A DNA stretch of 64,000 bases from Antechinus flavipes (Eukaryota). A program made the position numbers and the translations under genes. The DNA lies in contig NC_067401.1 of the NCBI RefSeq assembly GCF_016432865.1, forward strand, positions 205,716,001-205,780,000, read 5' to 3'. Every line of letters begins with the position of its first letter. Within the stretch, counting starts at the first letter, position 1. This document shows, one piece after another, positions 1 through 30,146 of this stretch. Under the pieces are notes generated by a model, which was given only the letters and a program-made list of their open reading frames with translations, did no database searches and was not told the origin of the DNA.

Positions 1-1740
1 AGCTTTGGTTATTCTATCAGGAATACTTGAAATTCTGTAATTTCATTAAAGGTTCATTCCCCCTCATACGATTATACTCAGCTTTGTTAGGTAGGTTATT
101 ATTAATTGTAATTCTAGAGCCTTTGCCTTCCAAAATATTATATTCCAAGCTCTTCATTTCTTTATAGTAGTTGCTGCTAAATATTATGTGATCCTAACTG
201 GTGGCTCCCTAGGATATGAATTCCTTCTTTCTGACTGCTTGCAGTATTTTTCCTTTGACCCAGGAGCTCTGGGTTTTGGTTACAATATTCTTGAGTTTTC
301 CTTTTGGTGTTTCTTTCAGATTACCAGTGGATTCTTTTAATTTACAATTCTTTAATTGCCCTTTGGATCTAACATGTCTGAACAGTTTTCTTTTTATTTA
401 TTTCTTTATATTTATATTTTAATATATTATATAAATATAAAGTTATATTTATTAATATATTAATAACACATTAATTTAATATTGATATTAAATATTATTT
501 ATTTATAATAAATATTATATATTTAATATAGTGTCTAGGATCTTTTTTGTTCATTTGGATAGTTCAATGATTCTTAAATTATTTCTTCTCATACTACTTT
601 TCAGATAAGTTGTTTTTTCTTCTGTGAGAAATTTCATAATTTTTTCCTATTTTTTTTCAGGCTTCTAATTATGTTTTATTATTTCTTGATGTGTCATGGG
701 GTCATTATCTTTCATTTGGCCAATTCTAATTTTTGAGGAGTTATTTTCTTTGATAAGGTTTTATACCTTCTCTCCCTCTTTCCCCCAGCTTTTAATTTTC
801 TTTTCATATCTTTTTTCCCCTCATTTTCCAATTTTTCTTCTTCTGCTCTCAATTTTTAAAATAATTTTTTTATATCTTTCTAAAACTCATTTTAATTCTT
901 CTAGGAATTCTTATTGTATTTGTGTCCAAGATACATTTTTTTTCAAGTCTTTGTAGATGTTTTCAAGATATTATCTTCTTCAGTATTTATTTTTATCATA
1001 GCAGTCTTTTATGGATAATTTTTTTTTAATCGCTAATGCTTTCCAACCTGCTTTTTTACTTAGTGCTGGCACTGGAGGTGGCTGGGATGTCTGGTCTGAG
1101 TTTTTTTCTTCTTATGTCCTATTGCTTTCACAATTCAGTCTGGGAGCCTGTAAGCTTTCAGTGCTCCCAAAGTGGATATGATTTAGGGAGAGGTCTGTTC
1201 TCGGCTGTCCTTGTCTGAGCTCTGCAATTTCTTTATCAGTTCCAGGTCTGTTAGCTTGTCCTTGTTTGGAAGTATCTACAGAATGCTGCTGTATTCATTC
1301 ACTTAGCCTGCTTAGAGGTCTGAGGGTTTAGAGCAAGTGAAGTGCTGGTTTCCTTTTGGTCTGGAATTTTTTCCCTGGTTACTTCACTGAGGGTTTAGTT
1401 CCTGAGTTAAAGGCTAGAATTGAGTCCCTGCTGTGCTTCTGTGCTCAGAGCCATACAACTACATTCTCTTAAACAGTCCCTTGTTCAGTAAAGGGTTCAT
1501 CTAGAGTTAACAGCAATTGCTCCTCTCCATCCTGGATCAGTGAACTGGAACCGGATAGGGGGTTCTTGCCTCAAGGGCTAGTTTGAAGTTCCTGGAGATC
1601 TCTCTGGCTCTGATTCTTCCTTTCCCGGTGTCCTCTTTCAGTCCCATGTTTCATGTTCCTGGTCAGATCCTGTTCCAGGATCTACAGACCCATCTTCCTA
1701 TCATTCTAAGCTGTCATGGACTGGAAAAATAATTCATTGG
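1..1740 (-). mobile_element. Degenerate LINE-1 5' portion (ORF1 and probable 5' UTR), truncated by the window edge
   Basis: The reverse complement of ~1-400 reads, with frameshifts and stops, as an L1 ORF1p C-terminus (KILQA.RKKEF...GA.RIT..LAA.T.K..RAWN.IF.KAK...YL.KLSI). 530-960 is T-rich, as expected antisense to the A-rich coiled-coil region. The right boundary is approximate. Confidence 0.75.
400..530. repeat. AT-only low-complexity tract interrupting the L1
   Basis: Almost pure A/T (ttatatttatattttaatatattat...). Confidence 0.85.
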
Positions 1741-1795
1741 GACTCTTTCTTGGCTTTCTTGATCAGAATTCAAGAATTCTGTGCATTTTGTAGAT

Positions 1796-1976
1796 CAAAG
1801 CTTCTCAAACTGTGAGTTGCAACCCCATTGTATAACTGAATGTGAGGGGGGTCATAAAATTATAACTTATTATCAGTAAATTATTTGTATACCTATTTTA
1901 AACACTTATATATCTGGAGTTGTATAAAAATATATTAGGTGAAAAGGGATCATGAGTGGAAAAAGTTTAAGACCTG
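1796..1976. mobile_element. Short non-autonomous DNA transposon (hAT/MITE-like)
   Basis: Imperfect terminal inverted repeats (caaagcttctcaaact ... agtttaagacctg) flanked on both sides by tagat; family not assigned. Confidence 0.45.
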
Positions 1977-2104
1977 TTTAGATCACTGTGGAAAAAGAGT
2001 AGTAAAGAACTAGCCTCCACTGCTTCTTCTGCAAACTTGATTGCTATTCCTATTCTTTCAACATTTCCCTTTATGACAAACTTTTCAGAGCTCTCTCCAT
2101 TGAG

Positions 2105-2352
2105 AGACAGAATAATATAAAGTGTTGAGCACAAAAATTGGTGTCAGGAAGACCTGAATTTCAAATCCTGACTGAGACACTAATTTGTATAACCTTGGGC
2201 AAGTTACTTAATCTCTTTGAACCTCAGTCTCCTCATCTGTAAAATGGGTATAATAAGAGATTGGTTTTTGGAGGTTTTTTTAGGAGGATCAAATGAGATA
2301 ATGTATACTGAGCAGTTTACTACATTCAGGATTCTTCATAAATGTCAGCTAC
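2105..2352 (+). mobile_element. MIR-family CORE-SINE
   Basis: CORE motif ttgggcaagttacttaatctct...cctcagtctcctcatctgtaaaatggg and MIR-like tail ggatcaaatgagataatgta. Confidence 0.8.
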
Positions 2353-2633
2353 TCCTGTCATTGTTCTTTAAGTATGTTCTAGTTTGTGAATGTCTCTTCA
2401 GGATATATCCTGACCTATCACTGAACTCCAAACTCCAGATGTGGTTAGATAAAAGCGCAGCACAGTACATTAAGACAATCATGCCTCCCTATTCTGGACA
2501 CTATCCTTCTTTAAATACAGCTGAAGACCACATACACTTTTTGGGATTCTGTGTCACATGACTCCCTCAGAATAAGGATACAGTTCACCAAAACCCTCAA
2601 ATTTTAAATGATTTATTAAAAAGTTTTAAATTA

Positions 2634-2766
2634 GAGGCAGCTAGGTGATACAGTGGATAAAGTACCAACCCGGAGTCAGGAGGTTCTAAGTTCAAATATG
2701 GCTTCAGATATTGACACTAGTTCTGTGACCTGGGCAAATCATTTAACCCCAATTGCCACAAATAAA
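2634..2766 (+). mobile_element. Short marsupial SINE (WSINE1-like) with 15-bp target-site duplication
   Basis: ggcagctaggtg...cagtggata...gagtcaggagg...gttcaaat...aaccccaattgcc plus A tail. Flanks are aaaagttttaaatta (2619-2633) and aaaagatttaaatta (2767-2781). Confidence 0.8.
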
Positions 2767-3253
2767 AAAAGATTTAAATTAAATTAAATTTAAAATTTAA
2801 ACCTTAAATTTAAATTAAATTTACATTCCCCAAGACTTCTCTAGAACAACTTTCTCATTTTACAGAGGAGGAAAATTACTTGCCCAAAATATTTTTCGTC
2901 TTGATTATTCTCTGTGTTGCTGGTATTCTACATTTGTCCTGTTATTTTGCTGAAGCTACCTTCAGAACTTCAGACTTACTATCCCTATTAAATATCACCT
3001 TATTCAGAATAAAAAGAAAAGGGTCAAGAACACAGCCTTAAATAACTTCCCATCAACCAATCTTCTGAGAGGGTCTGGTTGGTTAATAAATTCTGAACTC
3101 ATCATATTATCATCTAGTCCACATCTCATCATCTAAACCCACCATGATATTGTGGGAATCAAGTACCTTGCTGAATGATTTGTCTATAGCTTCTCCTATC
3201 ATGTCTCCTTTTGCCCTACCTCTGTAACAAGTCCTCGCCTAAGCCCAACATAC

Positions 3254-3450
3254 CTCCCCATCCGAGTTCTCCTGGAGAAGCCGGAGAAACTCTTGTTGCT
3301 CAGGTCCATCCAGCTTCTTGATGAAGAAAAGAAGTTCCCACCATTCGGCCTGGCTCAGACACCCAGACTCTGTGTTGCTCTGAGCCTCAGCTTTAAGGTA
3401 CGGCAGAGCATACAGTCCCACAACGGGTTTCCACTCTGAGAACGGACGTG
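3254..3450 (-). CDS. CUL7: CUL7-position gene, coding exon 5 (ARPFSEW...[21 protein letters not shown]...DGE)
   Basis: Acceptor ccaacag, donor GAG|GTATGT; 197 nt. Confidence 0.93.
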
Positions 3451-5969
3451 CTGTTGGCACAAGCATAAAAAGTATTGACCAGCTGTTCAGGAGAATGTGA
3501 TACTGGTCACAGTCAGACCAGCTCAGGGGCCGCCTTTTTCTTTGGTTACTGTTCCTCTAATTCAGGTAAGCCTCTCCCCCATACATTACTCCCCTGGGAA
3601 TGCTTGTCTCTCCAAACTCACCTATACTTGGGGCCAGGCACCTGCTGCCCCCAGTTCCTTTCTCTGGCTCAGTAGTAACTTTGTCCTCAGTTACAGGACC
3701 CAGAATCTCCACCATGTGCCAGTGCACCCAGTATGTGCGGCCTGTCGACTGCCACAGCACCTGGAGTAAAGAGTGGAGGAAGTTTAGTCGCTTGGGCCAG
3801 GGGGGCATCCTCAGTTAGAGACCCAGACCTGGGGCATGTCAGGCCCCTTCCCATCAGCCACTAAAACATCCGGGGCTTGGGCAGCTCTCCCCAGAGTGGA
3901 GGCTAGGGGAAGAGCATACAAAGGACCCAAACTCTGTCAAATGAGAAGAGAAGGGAGGTAGCAGTATACTCGGTTGTTTCTGTCTCCTTTCCACTACCAG
4001 GAACCTCTCTGTCTGGCCTCTCAGTGGTTCAATCTTTTCCAAACGGCCATTCTCCCTGGGGCTAAGGTAGGGAGACAGTCCCTCTCCAGCCTTCCCCTAC
4101 TTTCTCTAGGGTCTCTTTCTTTTCCAGGGATGCTAGTCTACCTCCCCCGCCCCACCCTCGAGGTCACCAGTTCCAGCCCACGGACACAGACCTGCACAGG
4201 GGGCATTCCATTGTTGCTCTGCCGAAACTCGCCTTGGTCCCCAGCACTGATCTCCTCATAATCCTCCAGCATTCGAACGCGCATCCCTGGCTGCAGGGTC
4301 TCCTGGACGTAGTCCGCGTAGCCACTCAGGCTCGAGAACTCAGACCGAGGCCTGAAGGCCCGGCTCGGCCTCCTGGGGGAAGCAGGGGGAAGCAGGGTGG
4401 GGAGGATGGTGCTCGGCACAGAGGACCTGGGCTGAAAGATAGACCGGGCGGGCCGAGGGGGAGACGCAGGCTGCCTCCCTGGGCCCCGGTCCCATCCCAT
4501 GCCCCGAACCAATTCTGAAATCAGGTTGCCCATGGCCATGCTAAACTCCAGTTCCCTCTGGCCACGGCTCTTCTCCACACTGGAGGACTTGTTAGGGGAG
4601 CACCGGTTTCCCCACTCCCCAGACCCTGGCTCCACACTGCTACTTAGCTGGTCCAGGAGGGACGTGACACACAAGTAACGCTTCACTAAGGAGAAGAGCA
4701 GCTTTCCGGGGATCTGCAGGACAAACACCCTGGGCTCAGGGCACTGGCCTCCCGGCTCTGCCTCTTCCAAGCACGCTGCCAGAGAAGGGAGGACAAAAGC
4801 CCAGCCTGCGCCCGCACTCCCTCCCGTTACCTGGGGCAGGTGGATCCCTTCAAAGGCCATGCAGTGCTCTTCGGAGGATGTGGTCTCTGCAAACAGCTCC
4901 AACAGAGTGGAGCGGCTGTCAAAGTCCATGTGCTGTTCGATGCCATCCTGCTGGCTCAGTGACAGGAGCACATGGGCCCTGCTCCCTAAAACACAAGCCC
5001 TGCTCTGCATCCTGTCCCAAAAACCCATCTACCGCCTGCCTTCTGCCCGGTTCTCTCTCATCACCTGCTTCTCACTCTCTCCCACCCTCCGGCAGAACCA
5101 GGCCCTCTCCCACCAAAGGGCTCCCAGGACCGGCGGGCTCTGAGGGCTGAGACCCAGCCTCACACAATAACCTGTGCACTCACACCTGGCCGTTCAATTC
5201 TAAACTCTGTCTCTTTCTAGTCACCCCCCTCCTCCTTCAGTGGGGGTGCGTTCGCTCGGGGAACCGAAGGGTCCTGACCCCCTCCTTTGCCAAGGGCCCG
5301 ATCCCAGGTCCTGCCGGGGTCCTGCCTCTTTCCCGCTTCCCCTTTCCTTCCCTGCTGGCCCTCACCAGCGTCGTGGGCCGCCAAGGCCTGCAGCATCTTC
5401 CCGGCACTCCTGCGAATCTGGGACTCGGGGTTGCCCAGCATGTGCATGAGCAGGTCCAAGGCCCCCGTCTCCCGGAAGACGCCAGCCAGGGGTCCGATGC
5501 TGGCGTAGGCGCTGAGCACGTGGATGGTGTGTAGCACCGAGGCTGCGGGACTCGAGCTCCCCCCCCCATCCAGCTGCCGGGCGGCTCGACGCACCAGTCC
5601 TCGGACGTCTGCGGCCATCTCTCCCAGAGAGGCTTCGTCCAGCCCCCCGGCATCCCGGGGAAAGGCGCCCACGCTGCCCACGGGTTCGTGCTGGGGCCCC
5701 TTGGCTGGGGCTCGCTCGCCAAGGAGCATGGGGCAGTTGGCGTAGACCTCGGGGGCAGAGAGCCACATGAGGATGTGCTCTGCCTTGCCCTCTATGGAGC
5801 TGCCGCTGCCCACTCCGCCCTCCTTCCCACGCTGAAGGACAGTCCAACGGATCAAGTACTCTGGATGCCCATCGTGGCCCTGGCGCTGCCGCAGCAGTTC
5901 CTCGGGGTACGCCTGCAGTCGTGGGCCCAGGGGCACCAGCAGGTCTCTGCTTCTGCGTTCTCCCACCAT
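3254..5969 (-). CDS. CUL7: Cullin-7/9 family protein, 5' partial (539 codons; N-terminal region and CPH domain), in the CUL7 syntenic position
   Basis: Coding exons 5969-5366, 4985-4831, 4713-4192, 3760-3622, 3450-3254 (604+155+522+139+197=1617 nt, frame intact, all GT-AG). CPH domain ...[25 protein letters not shown]...[16 protein letters not shown]. It lies just downstream of MRPL2 on the same strand, as human CUL7 does, but the N-terminal sequence resembles CUL9 (see findings), so the symbol rests on synteny. Confidence 0.8.
3622..3760 (-). CDS. CUL7: CUL7-position gene, coding exon 4 ([21 protein letters not shown]...)
   Basis: Acceptor actccag, donor G|GTGAGT; 139 nt. Confidence 0.93.
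4192..4713 (-). CDS. CUL7: CUL7-position gene, coding exon 3 ([13 protein letters not shown]...NNGMPPVQ), start of CPH domain
   Basis: Acceptor cctgcag, donor CAG|GTCTGT; 174 codons. Confidence 0.93.
4831..4985 (-). CDS. CUL7: CUL7-position gene, coding exon 2 ([15 protein letters not shown]...IHLPQ)
   Basis: Acceptor tttag, donor CAG|GTAACG; phases 1 to 0 fit. Confidence 0.93.
5366..5969 (-). CDS. CUL7: CUL7-position gene, coding exon 1 ([24 protein letters not shown]...ALAAHDA)
   Basis: Acceptor tgttgtag before 5978, ATG at 5969, donor G|GTGAG at 5365. Confidence 0.93.
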
Positions 5970-6329
5970 CCTGGGCACCTACAACAGAGGAAGAAAAGGA
6001 GCGGGGTGAGGAAAAGTGCTCGCTGTGAAGTGACTCTGTGGGGAGGTGGAGACTGTGGGGCAGAACTGACTTATCTCATCAGAACAAAGGGAAGAGGAGC
6101 CCAGAACCAGGGATCCAGGGCAGGGAAAAACAAGGCTGTGGGGCTGCGGTAGGTTTGGGAAGGAGGATGTTACCGGAATGTTTCAGTTGCCAGATGGATG
6201 AAGCTACAATTGAGAGACTATGAAAGGTAAATTGAGGAATCTAATTTGGGAAGATAATATGCCATTTGTTCAAGGATTAAGAAACATGATAATAGCTCTA
6301 CCCGGAAAATAAAACCCTGGGGAAGAGTG

Positions 6330-6960
6330 GGAAATGATAATAGGGAGGGGGGGAGTGGGAGTGGGCTGGCTCACGGAAGGGACCACCGAGAGGAGGAGGA
6401 TTCATGCAAATATAATAGCTGGGGCACGGGCAGGGAAGCAGGGAAGCAGGGAAGCAGGGAAAGCAGGGTGTGGCGGATGCAGAAGCCGACAGGAGGGAGT
6501 AGGGTCGCAGGGGTTGACACGAGTCCCAACCAGAGCTGCAGTGGAGCCTAGGGCAAAAGGGGTGGGGTGGGAGGCGGGAAGGAGGAGAGCGAGAGGATGG
6601 AACGTTCCTCGGATGGGACCCACTGCGCCTGCGTAGTGTCACTCCGGAGCCGAGATACTCCCGGACCAGGAGGAGATGTGTACTGCAGTCGTGGGCTCAG
6701 GGGCCCCGGACTGGGGTTGGGCGTGAGGGTCAGATCCCGAGATTTGGGATAGCTCTGACACGGGGAGGAGTGGAGTCGGAATGATCCCGGACTGGAAGAA
6801 CACTTCTTCCAGACCACGTTTAACTGCTCTCAGAACAAGGAGAGCCCAGCTGCGGTACAGCCGCACAGGGCGAGAAATGGCCCTTCCCAGCTCCCGTTAA
6901 TTCCCTGGCAGTGGCTCATTTCCTTTTGGCTAGAGAGCACTATGGAAAGCCGACGGGCTT
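6330..6960 (-). promoter_or_regulatory. CpG-island promoter of the CUL7-position gene
   Basis: CpG-rich; NRF1-like TGCGCCTGCGTA at 6624-6635; short (GCAGGGAA)n tandem repeat at ~6429-6468. Confidence 0.7.
6375..6610 (-). other. CUL7: Probable non-coding first exon of the CUL7-position gene
   Basis: Lies in the CpG island; candidate donor CC|GTGAGC at 6374. The transcription start is inferred, not seen. Confidence 0.4.
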
Positions 6961-7341
6961 AGGGTGGGGGCGAAAGGAGCAGATGGGGCGAACCCATGTT
7001 CCGCCTACCCTCTTTTCCAGTCCCTGAGGTTCCCCAGCACGTCCCTCTCTCATCCCTATCCCAACACCCCGCAATAGACCTCTCCTCCCCTCCTCCCCCC
7101 TCCGTGCTCTTGGTCCGTTCCTCGTCCTGCCAACACCGCAGGTGCATTCCCCTTCCAGTCCCGACACTCCTGCACGTCCTATCCCCAATCTTTCTGGTAT
7201 GTTTCTGGTATCCTCAATGCCACTGGCACGTTTCCCCTCCTCTAACAGCTATAACAACACCTTTTGGCCCCAACACCACTGGACTATTCCTCTTGTCCCT
7301 CAACTACAAGAAGAAGACAGAAACCAGTCCAAAGGGGTTCA

Positions 7342-7347
7342 TTTATT
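7342..7347 (-). terminator. MRPL2 polyadenylation signal AATAAA
   Basis: tttatt on the plus strand, 29 nt past the MRPL2 stop codon. Confidence 0.8.
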
Positions 7348-7375
7348 GGGAGGCAGGGGAGTAGAAATATCAGGG

Positions 7376-16234
<8,859 letters not shown>

Positions 16235-16479
16235 AACGGGGTCAGCTCTCCACGTCGCTTCCCCACCTCACCGGAGCGCCGTCCGATGACTCAACGCCCC
16301 GAGTCCGGTGACGTTAAAAGCAGGCGCCTACGCTAGTACGCGCTGGAGGGATGGGTCTCCAGGTACGCAGAAGCCGACCCCCTGGGGCGTCGCTGGCCAC
16401 AACCAGTCCCGGAGAGGTTTCCTGCCCGCGTGACCGGAGATAGACTCCGCCCCCGAGAGCCGTCAAAACAATTGCCTTG

Positions 16480-16558
16480 AGCGCCGGCCATGTTGGATTT
16501 AAGGGGGCAGTACCGGCGGGGGAGCGGGCTGACCGACGGACAGACGTGCGTACCAAGG
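16480..16558 (+). other. KLC4: KLC4 non-coding first exon (start approximate)
   Basis: Consensus donor CAAGG|GTGAGT at 16559 inside the CpG island, upstream of the ATG-containing exon. Confidence 0.65.
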
Positions 16559-16659
16559 GTGAGTCTCTGGCAAAATTCCCTCTTCTTCCTTCTTCTCACT
16601 CCAGTTAAACAGGCCGGGCACCCAATGTCAGCCTGGCACCTCAGGGCAATGGGAGATAC

Positions 16660-17570
16660 CCCCGGAACAGACAGACGGACACACCCTCACCTCCTCTTAC
16701 GAGGACAGAACTTGAGACTCTCATTTCCTCCTTAAACAGAACTACGGACACATGCACGTCCTCATTCCCTTCTGAGACAGACGGACACATAGATACCCTC
16801 GTTCCTTCTTGGACAGACACACAGACATACACACTCTCGCTCCTCTTGGGACATTTCGGCATATACAAAGGTACACATTCTCCCTCCCTTATTGGACAGA
16901 TTCTTCTTCTGTAGACAGACAGACACACAGACACGTCCACTTCTCTTTTGGACAGATAGACACATGCACATAGAACCTCACTTCTTTCTTGGACAGACAG
17001 ACTGACACACGCACTTCCTTCCTCCTTGGACAGACAGACAGACACGTCCCTCTTTGAATAAGAACTTCCTTGGAAAAACACCCTCACTGTTTCTTAGGAC
17101 ATACGGACCCACAGTCGCTCCCTTCTTGGACATACAGAGACTATATGTTCACTATAGATATGTCTGTAAATATAACACATCCTCATCTCTTCTTTGATAG
17201 ATACGGGCCATTATTTTTTCCTGGGACAGAGAGATGCATACGCTCATCCCCAACTAGGACAAATAACTACGTGCACATCTTCATTCCTTCCTAGGGCAGA
17301 CATACATATAAACATCTTTATCACTTTCAAGGCCTAAGAGCTAGAAAGACATATACACATGATCATTCCCTAGTAGGACAGTTTATCTCCTAATCATTCT
17401 CTTTCACCCACTCTCACAGGCATACATCTCTAGGCAGATATCCTTGCCACCCCCAAGACAGATAAACTTGGTCTTTTCTTCCTCTTGAACAGATAGATAC
17501 ATAGTTATCATTCTCTTGGGCAACAGACAGAGAGTTCCCCCTGAGGTGGACAGACACACACACACACATT
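16660..17570 (+). repeat. Degenerate minisatellite, ~30-55 bp unit GGACAGAC(AC)n...CCTC(A)TTCCTTCTT
   Basis: Unit starts visible at 16703, 16746, 16811, 16849, 16894, 16950, 16991, 17028, 17097, 17128, 17224, 17257 and others. Confidence 0.8.
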
Positions 17571-18999
17571 CTGTCAAGTTAGAAAGTAAAATGTAACTAT
17601 ATGTTATGATATATGTATATTATGTGTAACTTATGTTATTATGTTACATGACAATATGTATTTAACATAAGTACTATAACTATTATAGCTTCCAGGTTAG
17701 ATAAACAATCCTCCCCCCAACCCAGCCCAGATAGATAAGGGGTTATATGCTTTCTCTTCTCCCCCCCCCCCACTTCTGATACTCAGAAAGTCATACCTAC
17801 TAGTGAACCTCAGAGACTCAGACCACAATGTCTCAAGGCTTGAGTTTGCAAGTTAATAAGTGTTGCTCACTGGTACTGGGGAATTACTCCTTACTTTTAA
17901 TTGCCTGAGGTAGAAGTGGGATTACAAAATGGAATGAGAGTGTCTGGCCTAGGCTAAATTCCTTTGCTATTTCCATATAAACCGACCCTTGTACTCTCAT
18001 ACCTCTCTCTAGGCACAAGGATCCTTTTTGACTAATAAACCTGGGGAAACAGAACTTCTCTCTCCCTTAGGTTTCCAGGTAAGCTCTCTTCTTACTCATG
18101 CTTAAGTGCAGGACTGACTTAGAGTTTGGGGGGGGAAGTAAGGGAGATGGTTCTTTTGGAGGGTTTGGATGTGCATAAAGCAAAAGAAAGGGCTTTTTTT
18201 TTTTTTTCTAGGTGGGGCTCTGTGGCAGGTGCTCTAATACTAGGGGGTGTTAGTATTGGACTCTTGGACTTTGTATAGGGCGTCTCCCAATCTGCTGAGC
18301 TGAGTAAGGTTCTTTCTTTCTCATACCTCTTGGTTCTTGGCTCCTGCTTCACCCCTGCAGTACAAGGCTCTGCTCTTGGTTAGGGCAATAGGGCTTGGGA
18401 CAATGACTGAGCCATGGGGAAGAAGAGGGTAGAGAATAAAAATTGGAGAAAAAAGCAGAAATAACCATGACTGAATGAGGTTGGGATCAAGGAATCTTGA
18501 GTAGCTAAGAGAAATAAAGGACTAAACTTTATGAGACAACTGTATCTTTCTCTTGCTGCTGAGATCCTCCAGTCTCTTTTTACACTGTGAGAACTATTAC
18601 TTCTCTCTTCTCTAGTATAATAATTATCTGTCTTCTTCTCTATTATTCCTTTTATTGACCTTCTTCACTATCATCCTCTCTCAACAACTCCAAATCCTGG
18701 TTTTCCCTCTTAAACCCATTATTCTAGCCTCTTCCCTTCCAGTTTGTGTAATGTTTGTATATTTCTTCTGCTCAACACTTTTGTCAATTCTGATGTCCAT
18801 TATTTCTCTTCCCATATCTCTTCTGCTGAATGTTATTCATCTCCAATCTTACTTTCTACACATTGAGTTTTGATTTCTCTAATATACCATTCTATTCTCT
18901 TATTCTCATAGTGATATCTCTTTCCCACAAAACTTAATTATTCTCTTTCTCTTTCCCTCTCCGTCTCCCCCAGTCCAGGTTGGAATCTCCTGACCCAGG

Positions 19000-29736
<10,737 letters not shown>

Positions 29737-30140
29737 CATCTGATTTCCTAGGATTTTCCCTACTGTGATTCCACAAACACACTGCATTCTCTGTGGCTCC
29801 TGCCTCTACCATGTCCTAAGGAAAAGACTGCCAGACCTTGGTTGACCAGTGGGGATGAACACTTGTAAACTACTGAGTTCTACCCATTTGGGCTTTGGTT
29901 TCACCCTCAGGAAGACCTTGTTGGGCTCCCTTGTACTCCTCTGCTGTCTGCTAGAGTAGTGCTAAGTCCTCCACAGACCGGGCTAGGAAGCAGGTATGCC
30001 ACAGGAATGGGGGGCTGAGGCCTGCTATCATCGTTTTAGTATGAAGGGTCTTTGGACTGGCCAAATTCCTATATCTTGGCCTCTCTTTTCTACTCTCTTT
30101 TGACTCCTTTTCTTCTGGTCCAAATATTTCACTTTTCTTA

Positions 30141-30146
30141 AATAAA
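30141..30146 (+). terminator. Probable KLC4 polyadenylation signal AATAAA
   Basis: First AATAAA ~400 nt after the stop codon; a second lies at 30554-30559. Confidence 0.65.

Noticed and set aside
216-956. Hydrophobic Phe/Leu/Ile-rich ORFs that look like membrane proteins
   Set aside because: They are antisense to A-rich L1 ORF1 sequence.
4234-6152. Overlapping alternative-frame and antisense ORFs over the CUL7-position exons
   Set aside because: Shadow ORFs of GC-rich coding sequence with no recognisable domains.
16641-17087. 148-aa minus-strand ORF rich in V, C and S
   Set aside because: It is the translation of the degenerate GGACAGAC/CU minisatellite.
16660-17570. Repeat-spacer appearance suggesting a CRISPR array
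   Set aside because: Mammalian intron, degenerate variable-length units, no unique constant-length spacers and no cas genes.
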